This document shows positions 51,801 to 64,000 of a stretch of 64,000 nt of DNA, piece after piece. A program made the position numbers and the translations under genes. Source of the DNA: Takakia lepidozioides (Eukaryota > Plantae > Bryophyta); NCBI GenBank assembly GCA_030704615.1, contig CM060733.1:49476001-49540000 (forward strand), written 5' to 3'. Position 1 is the stretch's first letter, and the number at the start of each line of letters is the position of its first letter. The notes below the pieces were generated by a model, which saw only the letters and a list, made by a program, of their open reading frames with translations, made no database searches and was not told the DNA's origin.

Positions 51801-54800
51801 CTCTGTTGCCCACACTCATTAGATCAAGCCAAACTGGCTTTATCAAAGGCAGATTCATCCTAGACAACATATTGCTTGCTAACAAGACTCATTCTTATGC
51901 CCAAGACAATAACCAAGCAATTGCCATGCTACTCCTTGACTTTGAAAAGGCATTTGATAAAGTAGAATGGCCCCTCCTAATGTCTTCAATGTTGAAAGTA
52001 GGGCTATCCCCTGACTTCTGCAAATGGGTCTCAATCTTGCTCCAGAATGCCTCGAGCAAAGTGATGGTCAATGGCTTCTTATCCTCACCCTTTCAGCTGC
52101 AACACTCGGTTAGACAGGGCTGCCCTCTGGTACCCTTCATATTTCTTATAGTGGCTGACTCCCTTGGTCATCTCCTGGAATGCAATACAGATATTAGGGG
52201 CCTTACAATCCCTAGCCAGCATCCCAACCAGCTGAATATCAAATCATCAATGTTCGTGGATGATATATACTGTGCTTTACCTCGACACTAGCCCCCGCAC
52301 CCTTGAAAAAACAATCTCTACCTTGGACACCTTCTGCCTGGCATCCGGCTTCAATGTAAACTGGGGAAAAACGGTTGTTGTGCTGGTTGGGGATAGATCC
52401 AAGTCAGAAATTGGAGATAACCCCATTTGGGGTAGGGCTCAAATGGCTCAAAATCGGGGAAAGTACCAAGCTTCTAGGTTTTCCATTCGGTGTTAACCTT
52501 TCGGAAGAGCAAAGAATAGGACCAATCATAGACAAGCTGAAACGCAAACTTGTTTTCTGGGGATCCAGACACCTCTCTCTAACTGGAAGGGCACTGATAG
52601 CCAACCAGGTTATTATGGCCAGCATTTGGTACTTTGTATCTGTGTGGAGCCCATCCCCAACTTAAAAGAAATGAGGAGAATCATAAGAAATTTTGTTTGG
52701 GGAGCAAGCTCCAATACTCAGCACGTCAGACCTGCAATTTCTTGGGCCCAAATCTGCAGCAAAAGAAAGCTAGGGGGGCTTGGTATCTTGGATCCAGCCA
52801 ACCAAATAGACGCCTTACTTGGAAAATGGATCTTGAGACTATTGGGACCCCATTCTTCTTGGTGGAAACCACTGGTTCTGAGGCATATCCTTCAAAGCTC
52901 CCCCTGAAAAATGCCCAATGGTCAAGCTCAGTTCGTTGGATTGTTAATGGTTTCAAGCATAAAGAGCCTAGCTCTCCGCTATGGAAAGCAATATGGAAAG
53001 CATGGGGCAAGTTGAGGCCATACCTCATCAAATGAGAGCCCTCATCTTACGAGGAAGTCATTTGTCAACATCTTTTCCTTAACTCCAACACTCACAACCA
53101 GATTGACCGTGGATCTGCGAAGAGGTGGTCTGCCTAGGATCACCATGGAATTGCACAGATCGGAAATATCTGGTCGGGCTCAGCACTATGGTGCCAGGGG
53201 CACATAAACCAGATTGTAGGAGCAGCCAGAGGAAATGCAGGTTATGCTAGCATCATCCAGACCATCCCTGCATCTTGGATATGCATCCTCCAGCAGGGGC
53301 CGTTGCCTCCATTGCCCGACACTTGGGTTACATGCTCAGCCAGACCTAATCAGGTCATTTACGTGACAGATTTCAGCAACATTCAAATCATTGGCCTCGC
53401 TATGCACTGCTGCCCTCAATCAAACATCCTACACCTTATTCGAGCACACCCGGTCAACATCAAAGGGGGGAACTTCTCCCCTGTCAGAGTATGCCAATGG
53501 TCAACTAGTGAAAAGCTCATGAACCCCGCTAAGCCTCCCGGGTCCGCCTTGATCACTTGGATTAAGGCAAATACATTTGTATGGATTGGGGGCAAACCTA
53601 TCATGCAACTTCAGTTGGACCCTCAAGAATGGACATGGGATCTTGATGGAAAACCATCATTTTTTCAATACACTGCCAAAAGAGGGTACAAGTGCCTCAA
53701 CACTAGCTCCATACCCTTCTCCAAATGGGACAACAAATGGAGAGCCTATGGATTTCGAAACGAACGATGGCAAATAATCTGGAAAGGGATATGGGTCAAA
53801 ACCAGACCTACAAAGCTGGCTGCTTTTCTCTGGCAGATCGCAAATAGAATTTTAAAGGTAGGGTGTTGGCTTCAATTCACCCGTGCACTGCTCTGCACAT
53901 GCTGCTCGCTTGGGTTTCAGAATCCCTGGAACACTGCCTACTGCAATGCAACATACCTTAAAAAATCTGGCCCAAAATTCACTGGATGCTCGGACATTGG
54001 CATGACCAAACCTCTTTAACTCCAATCAACCTGCTACTGAATTACGATCCAATCACCAATCAACCTTTATCCCAATGCCCAGTTTTTGACACAATCAGGG
54101 CTGTCGGGCTTTGGCACATCTGGAAAGCCAGATGCGCATGGACCCTGGGAAATACAAAATTCACTATCTCATTCATTCTAGCTATGATCTTCTTTGACAT
54201 CCAAACTGAAGCTCGGAAGGCCTGGGCCAAACTTTCTGCAAACATCTGCAAGCATCCGCAAGCTCAATATCAGCTCCACCACGACTTCATCACCTCATGG
54301 GCAATGCATCGAATCGTATGCACAAGCCCTTCGCCAACACCTGCATTTGGAGTTCCATCCCTCAAGAATGGAGAAATTGCAACTCGCCACTGCCCTGAAT
54401 CGCTAGACTCCGACCGCGACATCAACTGGAGACACATCAAGGGCAAGAGTTCGCTGAAGCTCAACTTCGATCACTGATCACATCGTCTTTCTTCTCGGGC
54501 TCTCCAGAATGCTCGTCAAAGTCCTCACTAGGTAGACATTTACAAATTTTGATCCTTCTTCGTAGGGGTACAACACAACACTTAATTTTCTGCATTTATG
54601 CATCATTGAACTGCATGGGGTATGGCCGACTATGGTCGACCATCCTCTCGTCCCCGGACCTTTTTGGTCCTCGTCGTGGCCGGTTCGGCAGTCTCTCTTG
54701 ATTATGTCTCGGGCTCGTCCCTCATCCCATGGATGTGTATCATGCCTTATGGCATCAATGGGGTTAAATTTTCCCCAAAAATTAATGAATTGGCCAACGC

Positions 54801-54817
54801 CTTTGAAAAAAAAAAAA
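45826..54817 (+). mobile_element. L1-clade LINE, near full length but disrupted (ORF1 with CCHC knuckle; ORF2 endonuclease-RT-zinc finger)
   Basis: CFNCGMQGHMKAQC; MLQEHK, INLYAPN, GDYN, MARLDKFY (APE); KAPGEDG, NYRPTTLLN, LDFEKAFDKV, RQGCPL, MFVDD (RT); LWHIWKARC. A-run at about 54806-54817. Boundaries are approximate. Confidence 0.92.
49112..49957. mobile_element. Non-autonomous piggyBac-like element (846 bp) inserted in the LINE
   Basis: TTAA on both sides (49108-49111, 49958-49961). 17-bp TIR CCCCTAATGGAC(T/G)AGGC. Subterminal hairpin GCGACCCG-AAA-CGGGTCGC. Confidence 0.78.
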
Positions 54818-54841
54818 TGTTTTTTAAAAAGAGGTCCGAAC

Positions 54842-55721
54842 CAGTGTTGGGCGGTTCTTGCATTTGTGAAGGAACCTTCGGTTCCGGTTCCACAATTATT
54901 TCAAGAGACGGTTCCGGATCCGATTCCGGTTTTTTTTTATTGAGCCGGTTCCGGTCCGGTTCCGGATCCAACTTTTAAACATGGGGGCGGTTCTGGTTAC
55001 CGGTTATTTGCTGATAAAAACCATCGGTTCCGGTTAGGTTCTGGTTCTATTTTAAAAATATATTTGTTTAATTTAATTAGATTTAAAATATTTTATCAGT
55101 CCGGTAGATTAAATAGCAGTGTATTCACATATTTGAACTAAAATCCAACGATTTTGTTAGTTTTCAGTAACACAAAAAAACAAACAAAAATACTCTAAAT
55201 AAACTGGTAGAAGAAAATGGGTAAAATTCTATGGGTTGAAAGTATTATTCAGCTACCTGGCAAGTATTGGCATCTTCAAACATTTTATTAATGAACTTAG
55301 CCAGGATATCATGGAGCTGGAGATTGAACCCAAGATCTCATGGCGCTGAAGCATTGAACATAGAATCTCATGGCCTTCAAGCATTGAACCAGGATCTCAG
55401 GAGCTTGAGAGCATTAAATAAGTTTTGCCCCGGGCCACCAGCCCCACCAAGGGGTCAAGAACCTGAACCTGTTTTTATCCCCATGCGCCCCCGGTTCTCA
55501 CACCCAGCAGCAACCGCCGGTTCGGTTCTGCGCCGATCCCCATTGGCAGGTTCCGGTTCCGGGTCAGGTTCTATAGGAATGGGCCCGGTCTGGTCCGGTT
55601 AACCTGAACCTGAACCTGAACCGGCGGTTAGGTTCTATAGGAATGGGCCCGGTTCTGGTCCGGTTAACCTGAACCTGAACCGGCGGTTAACCTGGTCCCG
55701 GCGGGTAACCGCCCAACACTG
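54842..55721. mobile_element. hAT-type MITE, 880 bp
   Basis: Perfect 15-bp TIR CAGTGTTGGGCGGTT / AACCGCCCAACACTG. 8-bp TSD GTCCGAAC/GTCCCAAC. GGTTCC/GAACC subterminal repeats. Confidence 0.9.
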
Positions 55722-55859
55722 GTCCCAACCATGAAGTATTAAATCAAAACAAAAGAGAGAGAGAAGACTCCGGCCGCGACCTGTGTAACGCGTAACTAAG
55801 AGCCACTTCGCCTCACGGCCAGTGGGTTCTTGGGGGTGGGCCTATACCAAAATGACAAT

Positions 55860-55925
55860 ACTTACACTCGACAGTTGTCGGAGCAGGATTTGAACCCAGA
55901 ATCACCTGGGTGGCACTATCCATCC
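55860..55925 (-). repeat. tRNA-derived SINE-like fragment (related copy at about 38415-38460)
   Basis: B-box-like GGTTCAAATCC with a T-arm-like stem. The sequence GCAGGATTTGA.CCCA.AATCACCT is shared between the two sites. No full cloverleaf. Confidence 0.4.
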
Positions 55926-56356
55926 TAAATCAGGCGGTGCCCCTTGAATGGTTTTGGATGCAGGCTGCTCGTGTCGATTTGGGAAATGCTCTGCCCAATC
56001 CGAGTACAGAAGAGTTTAACGGACAAAAGCTGCTTGTCAGCAAGTTATGGAGAACACAGAATGTGGTGATATAGCTAATGCAAACCTCAGCAACCGTTTC
56101 AATTCCTTTGGACTCTGAACTCTGCGATCGGCATCGTTGTTCTCCAGTTATTGAAATTTGAGTGGGTTTTTGGGTTCTGACGTGATTGCCTCAGAAAGCA
56201 AGAAATTTGGAGGCAATGGGTGGGAGCAATTCAGAGGGGAGGAGTGCAAGAGAGAGATCGGGGTGCTGGAAGGCGAGGCAACCTTGAGGCTCTTGAGCTC
56301 CACGAAAAGTATTTTGCTTTCTATTTGATACAAGAGATGGAAGCAATCTGAACAAG

Positions 56357-59300
56357 ATGGAGACGCAAGGGGATAATTGGGAGGGGGTGGGGCAGATGAT
56401 AGCGCCACCGCCAGATCGATGCCAGGCGTGTTTGCAACATTCCTCAACATCTGCCTTCACCCCGTGCAATGTCCTGTCCCCCTTGGTCACCAATCTTTCA
56501 AGAGGGTATCATGACGAATTGCATAGACACGGACAGGTCGAATCGCATGGGGATGACAGCAATGCTTTGAACTCACCTCAACCGTATGATCCTTACTTGA
56601 ATGGCTCACTACACGAGGCGGGAGATGATGGTTTGGAAGTTGGAGAGAGTCCTCCACGGAGCTATCAGGAAACCCTGCTAGCGGCAGGGGTTTCTCAAGA
56701 CCATAGTTATGTATCTGTGGGGTATTATGAACCAGGAGTTGCACCCGATGCGTATCAAGACGGCCTTGGTCTAGCAGAGACTTACCGAGACGATTTAGGT
56801 TTTGAATCCGAGCCTCAACACAGGCAGGAAGTGATCGAGCCTCAGCAGGCGAGAAAGAGAGCTCGTCGAGGAGCATGCAAGACTCATGCACATTATATGA
56901 AAGGGCGGACGCAGGCCTTGCAATATGTGTTGCAGTTGCCATTGAAAACGCGGCAGCTGATTTGCGTGGCCGAATTTTACAGACACATGGCCCTCTCCTC
57001 CCTCGACTCTCCATGTAAGGTGCCTGCTCAACAACTATACCAACAATTGACCAAGAATGCCACTCCTCTGCTTTTCTGTACGTCTTCTTGTAGCTGCTGT
57101 TCTTAAAATATGAACCAAATAGTCTTGACAGGATGTACATGTGACTAACTCTATGTGGATGGTTTAGTTAGATTGCTCTCGCAGAACCTACATATCATTC
57201 ATTTCTTTCACCTTTGTTCCTGCTCTGATCAGCAAAGGTCAGTAAGTCGCATATCAATGCCAAAGATGTCAAATTTAGGATTGAAAATGGATAAAGAAAG
57301 AATTTTGGTGATCTCAGCGGGAGACAGGATTGCTCCTTTTCAAATGGTAGTAGGGCTTAAGAACTGCCAACCTCCTACCAAGCAGCAGCATCCTTAAGGG
57401 GTGAAGTATGCATCAACTTTACAAATGCTCCAGGCTTGTACTGGTGTCTTTCTTTTCCTTAGCTACCAACTAACTTTAAAAGACGTCACAAATTTGAATA
57501 GCTCTTCCGTGCAGAAACTTTAGGTTTCCAGTGGAGCCCGCTGTGCAGACATGCATTTTGGCCTCAAATTCGGCTAAAGTGTGTGCATGTTCTTGTGAGG
57601 TGTCTGTCCAGACAATTTAGGAAATTGTGGATGATTTGGTTATCATATCGTACCTCCAGCTTTCAGGGTCAATGAAATGGTGTACTTCAACCCGCCAATT
57701 TTTCAGTCTCTCCTCTTCCGTATATCTCTATCCTTATGTGCATTTGTTTCCCTAAGATACAGATATGGCTTACCAATACCCCTTGTCAGTACGCTTTCTC
57801 TCCCCTCTCCCTTTCTAGGTCCAAAATGGGGTCCACCAGGCTAGATCAGGGGTTGTTCAAGGTTACGCTGTCTGTCACAGCAATCCCTCAAGAATTGCTG
57901 TTTGTACGAAGAAGGGTTAGGAGCTTGCTGGAACACCTTCAGGGACCCAGCACACTGCCAAGCAGAAGAGATTTTTCCATGTGGCAGTAGCCAAAACGCC
58001 GAGAGTTTGATGGGAGTAACCTTTTATCATTACATTCCCTGAGTTTCATATTACAATCTGTAGTTTTGGGTGTCTTTGTCATTTAAGTGAGTCTTGCTCT
58101 TTGACTCCCTGTTTCTCCCTCTCGCTGTCTGATTTTTGGGCCATGTATGTCCCATCCTCTCCAGTTCTGGGTTGGTAAATAGCATTACATTCTCAAAAGC
58201 TGGATTTTTAGATTTCTGAGAGAAAACTTTTGGGGCACTGAGCAGGTGACTGAAGCATATCGGCAAGGAGGTGAGTCTGTTGGTGTATCCATGCGCACAG
58301 CAAGGAAATGGGTGGACGACTGGGACATCCGAGGGGATGGCACCTTTTCTGAGTCCCTGCAGGTTTTCATCCTAACAGTTACACCCACCTCAAAACTGCT
58401 TGTTCATAGTGTTATATAGCAAAAGTCCCTGCAAGCAGTAACCAAACCAAATTACCCCGGCCTTTTCCACTCTCTAGTGAAACCGGGGCAGAGGCTTTCG
58501 ATCCCCTTGACTAGACTACATTTGACAGTTACTGTATTGATGCCCTTGATTTATGCCTTAATGTGGCAGTAGTTTGGTCTACATTGCATGCAATGTCAAA
58601 TGGAGAGCTTTCATCCTGACAGTTGATGATAGCTGAATTCTATCCATAGGCTCGGTCCGGGCACTGGAGCAGGACTTGTACTGCTATAGCTTCAAGCCAC
58701 ATGTTTACCTTTATGGAACTCTCCAACCATCGTCTAATATAGTCTCCATGTTATGAGTTTTGTGAGTACGATATGTGACTTGGGGTTCCCCATGGAGCTG
58801 ACCCAAGGTTCTGCATTTATAGAGAGAGCAGAGTCCTGAAATGTAATTGTGCTTGTCATTGGGTGTTAAGTTATCTTTTGTTGGCAGGGGAAGCATGTGA
58901 AGGTGGAATGGTTGTTGCAGCCAGAGCATTTGCAGAACCAAGCACGTGCTTGGATACATCAGAATTGCCCCGAAAAAGGTGACCCTCCTGGACGGGACTC
59001 CATAGTTGCCCGTTTCCGCGATTTCTGCAACAATGATCTTTTACGAGACATTCAGGTAATACTCATTGCTGTCCTCACGCCTATTCTGGACTTCAAGCAG
59101 GTAGTGTAATATCAGTTGACAAGAGATGAGAAAGGAAAGAGAGTGAGGAGAAGGAACTTGAGCTGGCAGTTGTACCTCTTGACATGGAAAGACAAGGTCG
59201 CCACAAACGTGATGGAACCAATGAAGTGACCCAAGGCTAACAGCTGGAAATGACAATAAAGACAAATGAATTTGACAGATCATGACAGATCATAATAAAA

Positions 59301-60054
59301 GCATGAAACAGAAAGGAAGAAGCTCTAAAACTAACCAGTAACAGTAGTCCACCAAAATTGATTTCGCAGTATGAAATTTGCATGATGGAGTTTACATCTG
59401 AAAAGTAGTGCCTCAGTAAAACAGCCTGAGCTATTCAAGGTTGTCTCGATTCCAGGGCCACATATTTATCCATGTGTACTAAGAAGATCAAGAAATTTCT
59501 TCATCAGTATACATGTTGTATTTGCAGCTTGGCTGAAAGATGATTGAGAGGGAGGGACATAGAGATAAGCTAGCTTGCGACATAAGTGTGGTGCTGCTTT
59601 TGGACATCGTCACACCATGTACTCTCACAGAAGTGTGCGGTTCTTGTTGTTTAAGAGGGAGGTCACAATTTTTAGTCCAAGTCCAGCGAGAGAGAAGGAG
59701 AAAACTTGTCACATTCACAGGCTGCCCGTGGACACAGTAAAACAGTACAGTGACAGCAAGACCTGCCTATACTGATTTGAGCCCTGTGATGTCTACTGTT
59801 GTTTGGTGAGTGACGGTTGTGGAGTCAATGAATGCTTGCAGGCAAAGCCTATGCAGGGAAAGGAGAATGGGCTGGAATTTTCCATGAATACGACGCATCG
59901 AAAGATATCCACCGAAACCGCAAGATCATGGTTACATAGGCTTGACTTTCATAATTTCAAGGACTACAGGGGATCTGCCAGAAAATCTAAGTCTGGGTTT
60001 CCTGATACTCTGGCGAGTGCCGGGGAAGGTCTGAGCAATACCTCGGTTTTATAG
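56357..60054 (+). CDS. Predicted 4-exon gene (56357-57019, 58246-58362, 58888-59055, 59842-60054; about 386 aa) resembling the N-terminal DNA-binding part of an IS630/Tc1-mariner-related transposase
   Basis: All junctions are GT-AG and phase 0, with no internal stops: GVSMRTARKWVDDW...FSESLQ/GKHVKVEWLL..EHLQNQARAWI...RFRDFCNNDLL/...KISTETARSWLHRLDF. No DDE domain seen. Confidence 0.6.
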
Positions 60055-61771
60055 GCTGCTGTATATGGAGGACAGTTGTTGACAGCCCACTGTTGATGGC
60101 ACTGTTGTGACATTGTAGGTGGTCTGGTGTCAAATACATGTACCATGTCCCTTCTCAACTTCAGTACCTAGTGGCTTACAAATCCACGAGGAAACAGTTG
60201 GCCAACAAAATCCCTTGCGCTGAGAGTCACTGTTACACTGTTGCCCTGAGAGTTTAGTCTGACTAGTTAAGGATGAACTAAAAGTTCATAGGTGTCCACC
60301 GAAGGCTTCTTGGAGAGAAATAGCAAAAAAAATTATGCCTCAAGTATCTAAAATTATTTTCTCAAGTAAATTCTCAGATTCTGTGCTAGCTTTGTGGAGA
60401 GTTTACTTGGTTGCTCGGTGCATGCTGTGTGGTGTGTTTTTTTGGGGGATTGAGCGAGTAAGTGAGAGAGAATGGACTTGCAAGATGTTTGCCATAGCCT
60501 TGTGGGTGAAAGAGAGGGAGAGGGAGAGGGAGAGAGAGAGAGAAAAGATACATACTTGTCTGGGAATAGACCACACACAATGTTAACCCTTCTGAATTCA
60601 GTTGTGGGGATTCCACCCACCAAGGTTTGATGCATGGGCTTGCATATGACCATCCCAGATTTGAAAATGTTGAATCCGGGACTGCTACTCTACCTCCCAA
60701 TTTGCAGCAGATGTACAAGACAACTAAACCAGCTGAAAACCCCAAACATAAGGACCAGAATGCCACATGCAGGCATCCTCATAGCCGAAGGCCTCTCCCA
60801 AGGACCATCAATCTCCACAAAGCATCTTCCCAAGAGCTGTACCAGTTATGCAGATACAAGTTTGAGCAGGAGTGAGTCTCTGGGTGGTCTGCTCTCCCTG
60901 TGAACCCAAGATTTCCGAGAAGTGCTTGGATTCACCAATTCCACCAGCAAGGGTTTGGCCTGATCAAAATCACGGAATGAGAGAAATTGATCTTCTCCAT
61001 CAGGCCTCTCCCAACTACTCCCCCACCTCAGCTTGCATCCATGTTTGAATACATTGGCATGCAGCCTTGTCACCAACAATTATGTCCGTCAAGTGGGTTG
61101 GTCCCTTGCATGCCTATGCAATTATAGGGGCACTTCTCCCTAGTGCCTCAAACTGCCCTAGCAAATGGGTAATTATTACGCGTCCATTCCATGTTGTGAA
61201 GAGACTGTCACAGGACCAGACGAAGAATTCAACTTGACAAATCGAGTCCCCTCTTTTTAACTTAATTTCACCAAGATTTGTGTTTGAGATGTGTGTGTGT
61301 TGACGTATGCAACCATCTTCAACCTGATGCAAGCTTGACAATGCGATTTCGGAGTGCTTGGTATTCAAGCTTCCGTTCGATTGGAATGAATTCACCGATA
61401 TCTGAAGGTTCAAAGACATGTCAAACAGCAACCCTAGATGCCCAGATCAAAACCGTGGTACGAAACGAGCGGTGGACATGGTGGTGCTTTGGTGGCAAGG
61501 GCCTGCCTTGCAGCATGCGGAATGAATACACGATCCACCTAGGCTTGATGATCTGCAGGGGGCGGCTCGTTGACAGTGAGGAGTTTGATGGCGAAATTGA
61601 CAGGTCCTGGAAAGTGATGTGAAGTGGAGAGGTAGCGAAAAGTGGTCTTTCTCTTGGTGGGGATTAATGACGTTTGGGGGACGAGAGAGATCGATGTGTC
61701 TATGGAGAAGACGGAGAGAATAGACTTGGAAGAAGCAGCAACAAATGATGATTTGCATGTATGCTTGATCC

Positions 61772-62377
61772 TTGAAGCTGGATGATCTTTTTCTATTATT
61801 GAAGAGCCTGGTGGAGCAATCTTTTCTTGCATCAGCGATAGCTTCTGCTTGTCTCTCACACGCTGCTGGGGATGGCAGCATGCTCCAGCGGTCTCCTGAG
61901 CGCGCATGTGGACTTCACACCCAAGGGCCTGTTTTCTCGTTTTGGTCATCCGAGAGGTTTCATATCATGCAGCAGATTAAGGGACTGGGCTGTGGATTTG
62001 AATTCGGCATCCCGTTTGGAAATATGCCAAAGACAGTGTCCCTTGCATGTGGTGGCTATGACCCCTCCCAAGCCTTCACGAATGCCAAGGATATCAGGTC
62101 ATAAAACTGAACATTGTGCGGTTTCTTTCGTGGGTTCCTGGCGTTGTATGCACCTAGTGGTCCAAGCTTGGAATTTTCCTTTGACGTATCCAGCAGAAAG
62201 TGATCGAGTTTAGTGGAAGAAGCACACATGATAGTCAAACAAGAGCTGTAATCAACATCCTTGACGTCTTGAAACGTTTGGAATATCTACCACGTAGTTC
62301 AATGCTGGAGCATGGAACAGCGCTGGCAGGAATTCTTTAAAGATCCTTCACAATGGTGCGCCTACAGCTCTGATAAG
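61772..62377 (+). pseudogene. 5' part of another PDF-PPR family paralog (N-terminal exon plus first half of a PDF motif)
   Basis: Colinear with 11089-10604. 62312-62377 encodes MEQRWQEFFKDPSQWCAYSSDK followed by GTGCGT. No second-half exon or PPR array seen in the remaining window. Confidence 0.72.
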
Positions 62378-64000
62378 GTGCGTTTTCTTCATACATGATC
62401 TGAATGTCAGAGGGGGGTTTTTACGCACTCGGGCATATCGAATTTTGTCATACTCATATCCTAGGTGTTGACTGTTACCTTAACCAAAGCAAGGTCTTGC
62501 CAAGCACAAGAAAAAAAGAGCTTGGTCTCAAAAGGTAGGGTTTATAAAGGGAGGGAGAGAGACTTCATTGTGCTGCCATTCATCAAAGATCCAGAGGAGG
62601 GCTCCTAGGGAAACGTCATAGGCATGCAGGTGGTACCTCCGCCATCACTGTCGCGGTTCCTTTGTGCAGCAAAAAAACACACAACTGAGACGGGGAATCT
62701 TCCCTCATCTCTAAGCCACCGCCATCGCCTTAAAGAGCCCGCCCAGGCGTCGCTCACAGGAGCCATAAACACTCAAGGATTGGCAGCTCAAGGTATCTGC
62801 AGCACAAGCACCAACGCTCCTCACAAGCCGCCATTGCACGCGCTCTCGCAGTGCAAAAAGAAAGACATTAGGGTTGCGCAGGTTTTCCCTGTCTGGCCCG
62901 TCATTCATCCTTCTCAGGATGAAAAACATCCGCCGGTCTGTCCGCCCGACGGACGTTGTCCGTTTCTCATCCGTGGAAGATGAAAGACATCGTGCTTTCA
63001 TCCTGTCTTGCACTCAACGGATGTAGTCCGTATTTCATCTAGGTTAGATGAAAAAACATGGGTTTTTTTTACCTGTCTTGCCCTCTATTTAGGTCCCGTC
63101 AGATGAAGTCCTTTTTTCATCCAGGTTGGATTGAAAAAGTAGAAACTGATGGGAGTTTTGCAACTCATAGGTTTTTTTAGTGAAGAAATGTTTCACTAGG
63201 ATTTTTTTTTTAAAAAAATCATTTTGGATAAAAAAAACTTCCAAAATTCCCTGCAACCCAATTTTGCAATTTTTTCCAATTTCCTCAAAAATGGAAGTCG
63301 GGACAACAATTCCATAAGCCCAGTGTCCAGAGGGAGAGAGAGGGAGAGAGAGGGAATCCCACCATCCAACCCCTGGTATGGCAGGCCCTTACGGAATGAA
63401 TGTGGTATGCACTCATCCCGTAAGGGAGTGCATACCAGACTCCTCTCCGAAAGGGCAAACTCTCCCTGCTCATATGCCAATCCTTCGGAAGATGTCCTGA
63501 AAAGGATTATCAGGCTACCCTTAGACAAACTGGGTATCCGAAACAAGTATATCAACCTTAATGGTGTAATTGGGGTATGTATTGAGCATAGACCCCGAAA
63601 ATAGAACTAGTTTATTCAAGGTATTACATGTATAAGAAACCAGCTGCTTTATGCATGGTTTTCTTTCATTTTGTTCCATCAAAAGTCAACAAATCTGCAT
63701 ACATAAGAGAAATGACATACCATTTTTAGGTTGTCAATGATCATTCCCAGGCATCAAAGTTCTTCTTGTGGATTGGGGAGAACTCTCCTGCCATCTGCCT
63801 GGATCGGTTCGACCCATGGCTCCCAATGTCGATTGTGGAGCAGGAATTAGATCCAGAGCCTCCATTGGATGTTCTGGTTGCGGACTTAGCATTCTCGGAG
63901 TTAGAGTAAGATTGTTGTTTCTGCCCGAACCTGCCACCTCTTTGGTAGCCCTCACGTCCTCTAAAATTAGCACCCATGCCCTTGTTGGGTCTCCCTGTTT

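Noticed and set aside
55860-55925. tRNA gene
   Set aside because: Only a T-arm/B-box-like half is present; no D-arm or anticodon arm can be folded.
63734-64000. Gly/Arg/Ser-rich minus-strand ORF at the window edge
   Set aside because: Truncated, low complexity and without a recognisable domain, so it cannot be supported as a gene.

Overview
Eukaryotic nuclear DNA from a land plant, most likely a non-seed plant (inferred from intronless full-length PLS-DYW genes, a replitron and a Tcn1-like chromovirus). Host genes: a 4-exon enoyl-CoA reductase (ECR/CER10, 1513-4013 +), a 2-exon S1FA (12509-14183 -, absent from the ORF track) and two intact PLS-E-DYW PPR editing-factor genes. The main finding is in the 5' exons of these PPR genes, which the ORF track does not show. 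The minus-strand PPR (6017-9790) splices in frame to exons encoding 'W.E.F..P.QWWDN...K / ..P..PD(F/L)KH.....LWI....P.WV...L' units, i.e. the PDF ssDNA-binding motif of OSB proteins, giving a PDF-PPR-DYW fusion. Further decayed copies of these exons lie at about 10.2-10.7, 27-28 and 62.3 kb. The plus-strand PPR (31060-34118) instead has an in-frame exon taken from a PP2C phosphatase. The remainder is a diverse set of mobile elements and remnants: Crypton-type tyrosine recombinase, Ty3/gypsy with a dUTPase-like domain and nested CACTA, copia, Tcn1-like gypsy, replitron, L1 LINE with a TTAA-flanked piggyBac-like insert, hAT MITEs, and an intron-containing transposase-DBD-like gene. There are also F-box, PPR and PLD pseudogene fragments. 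All family assignments come from motif recognition by eye, not database searches, and splice models are predictions.
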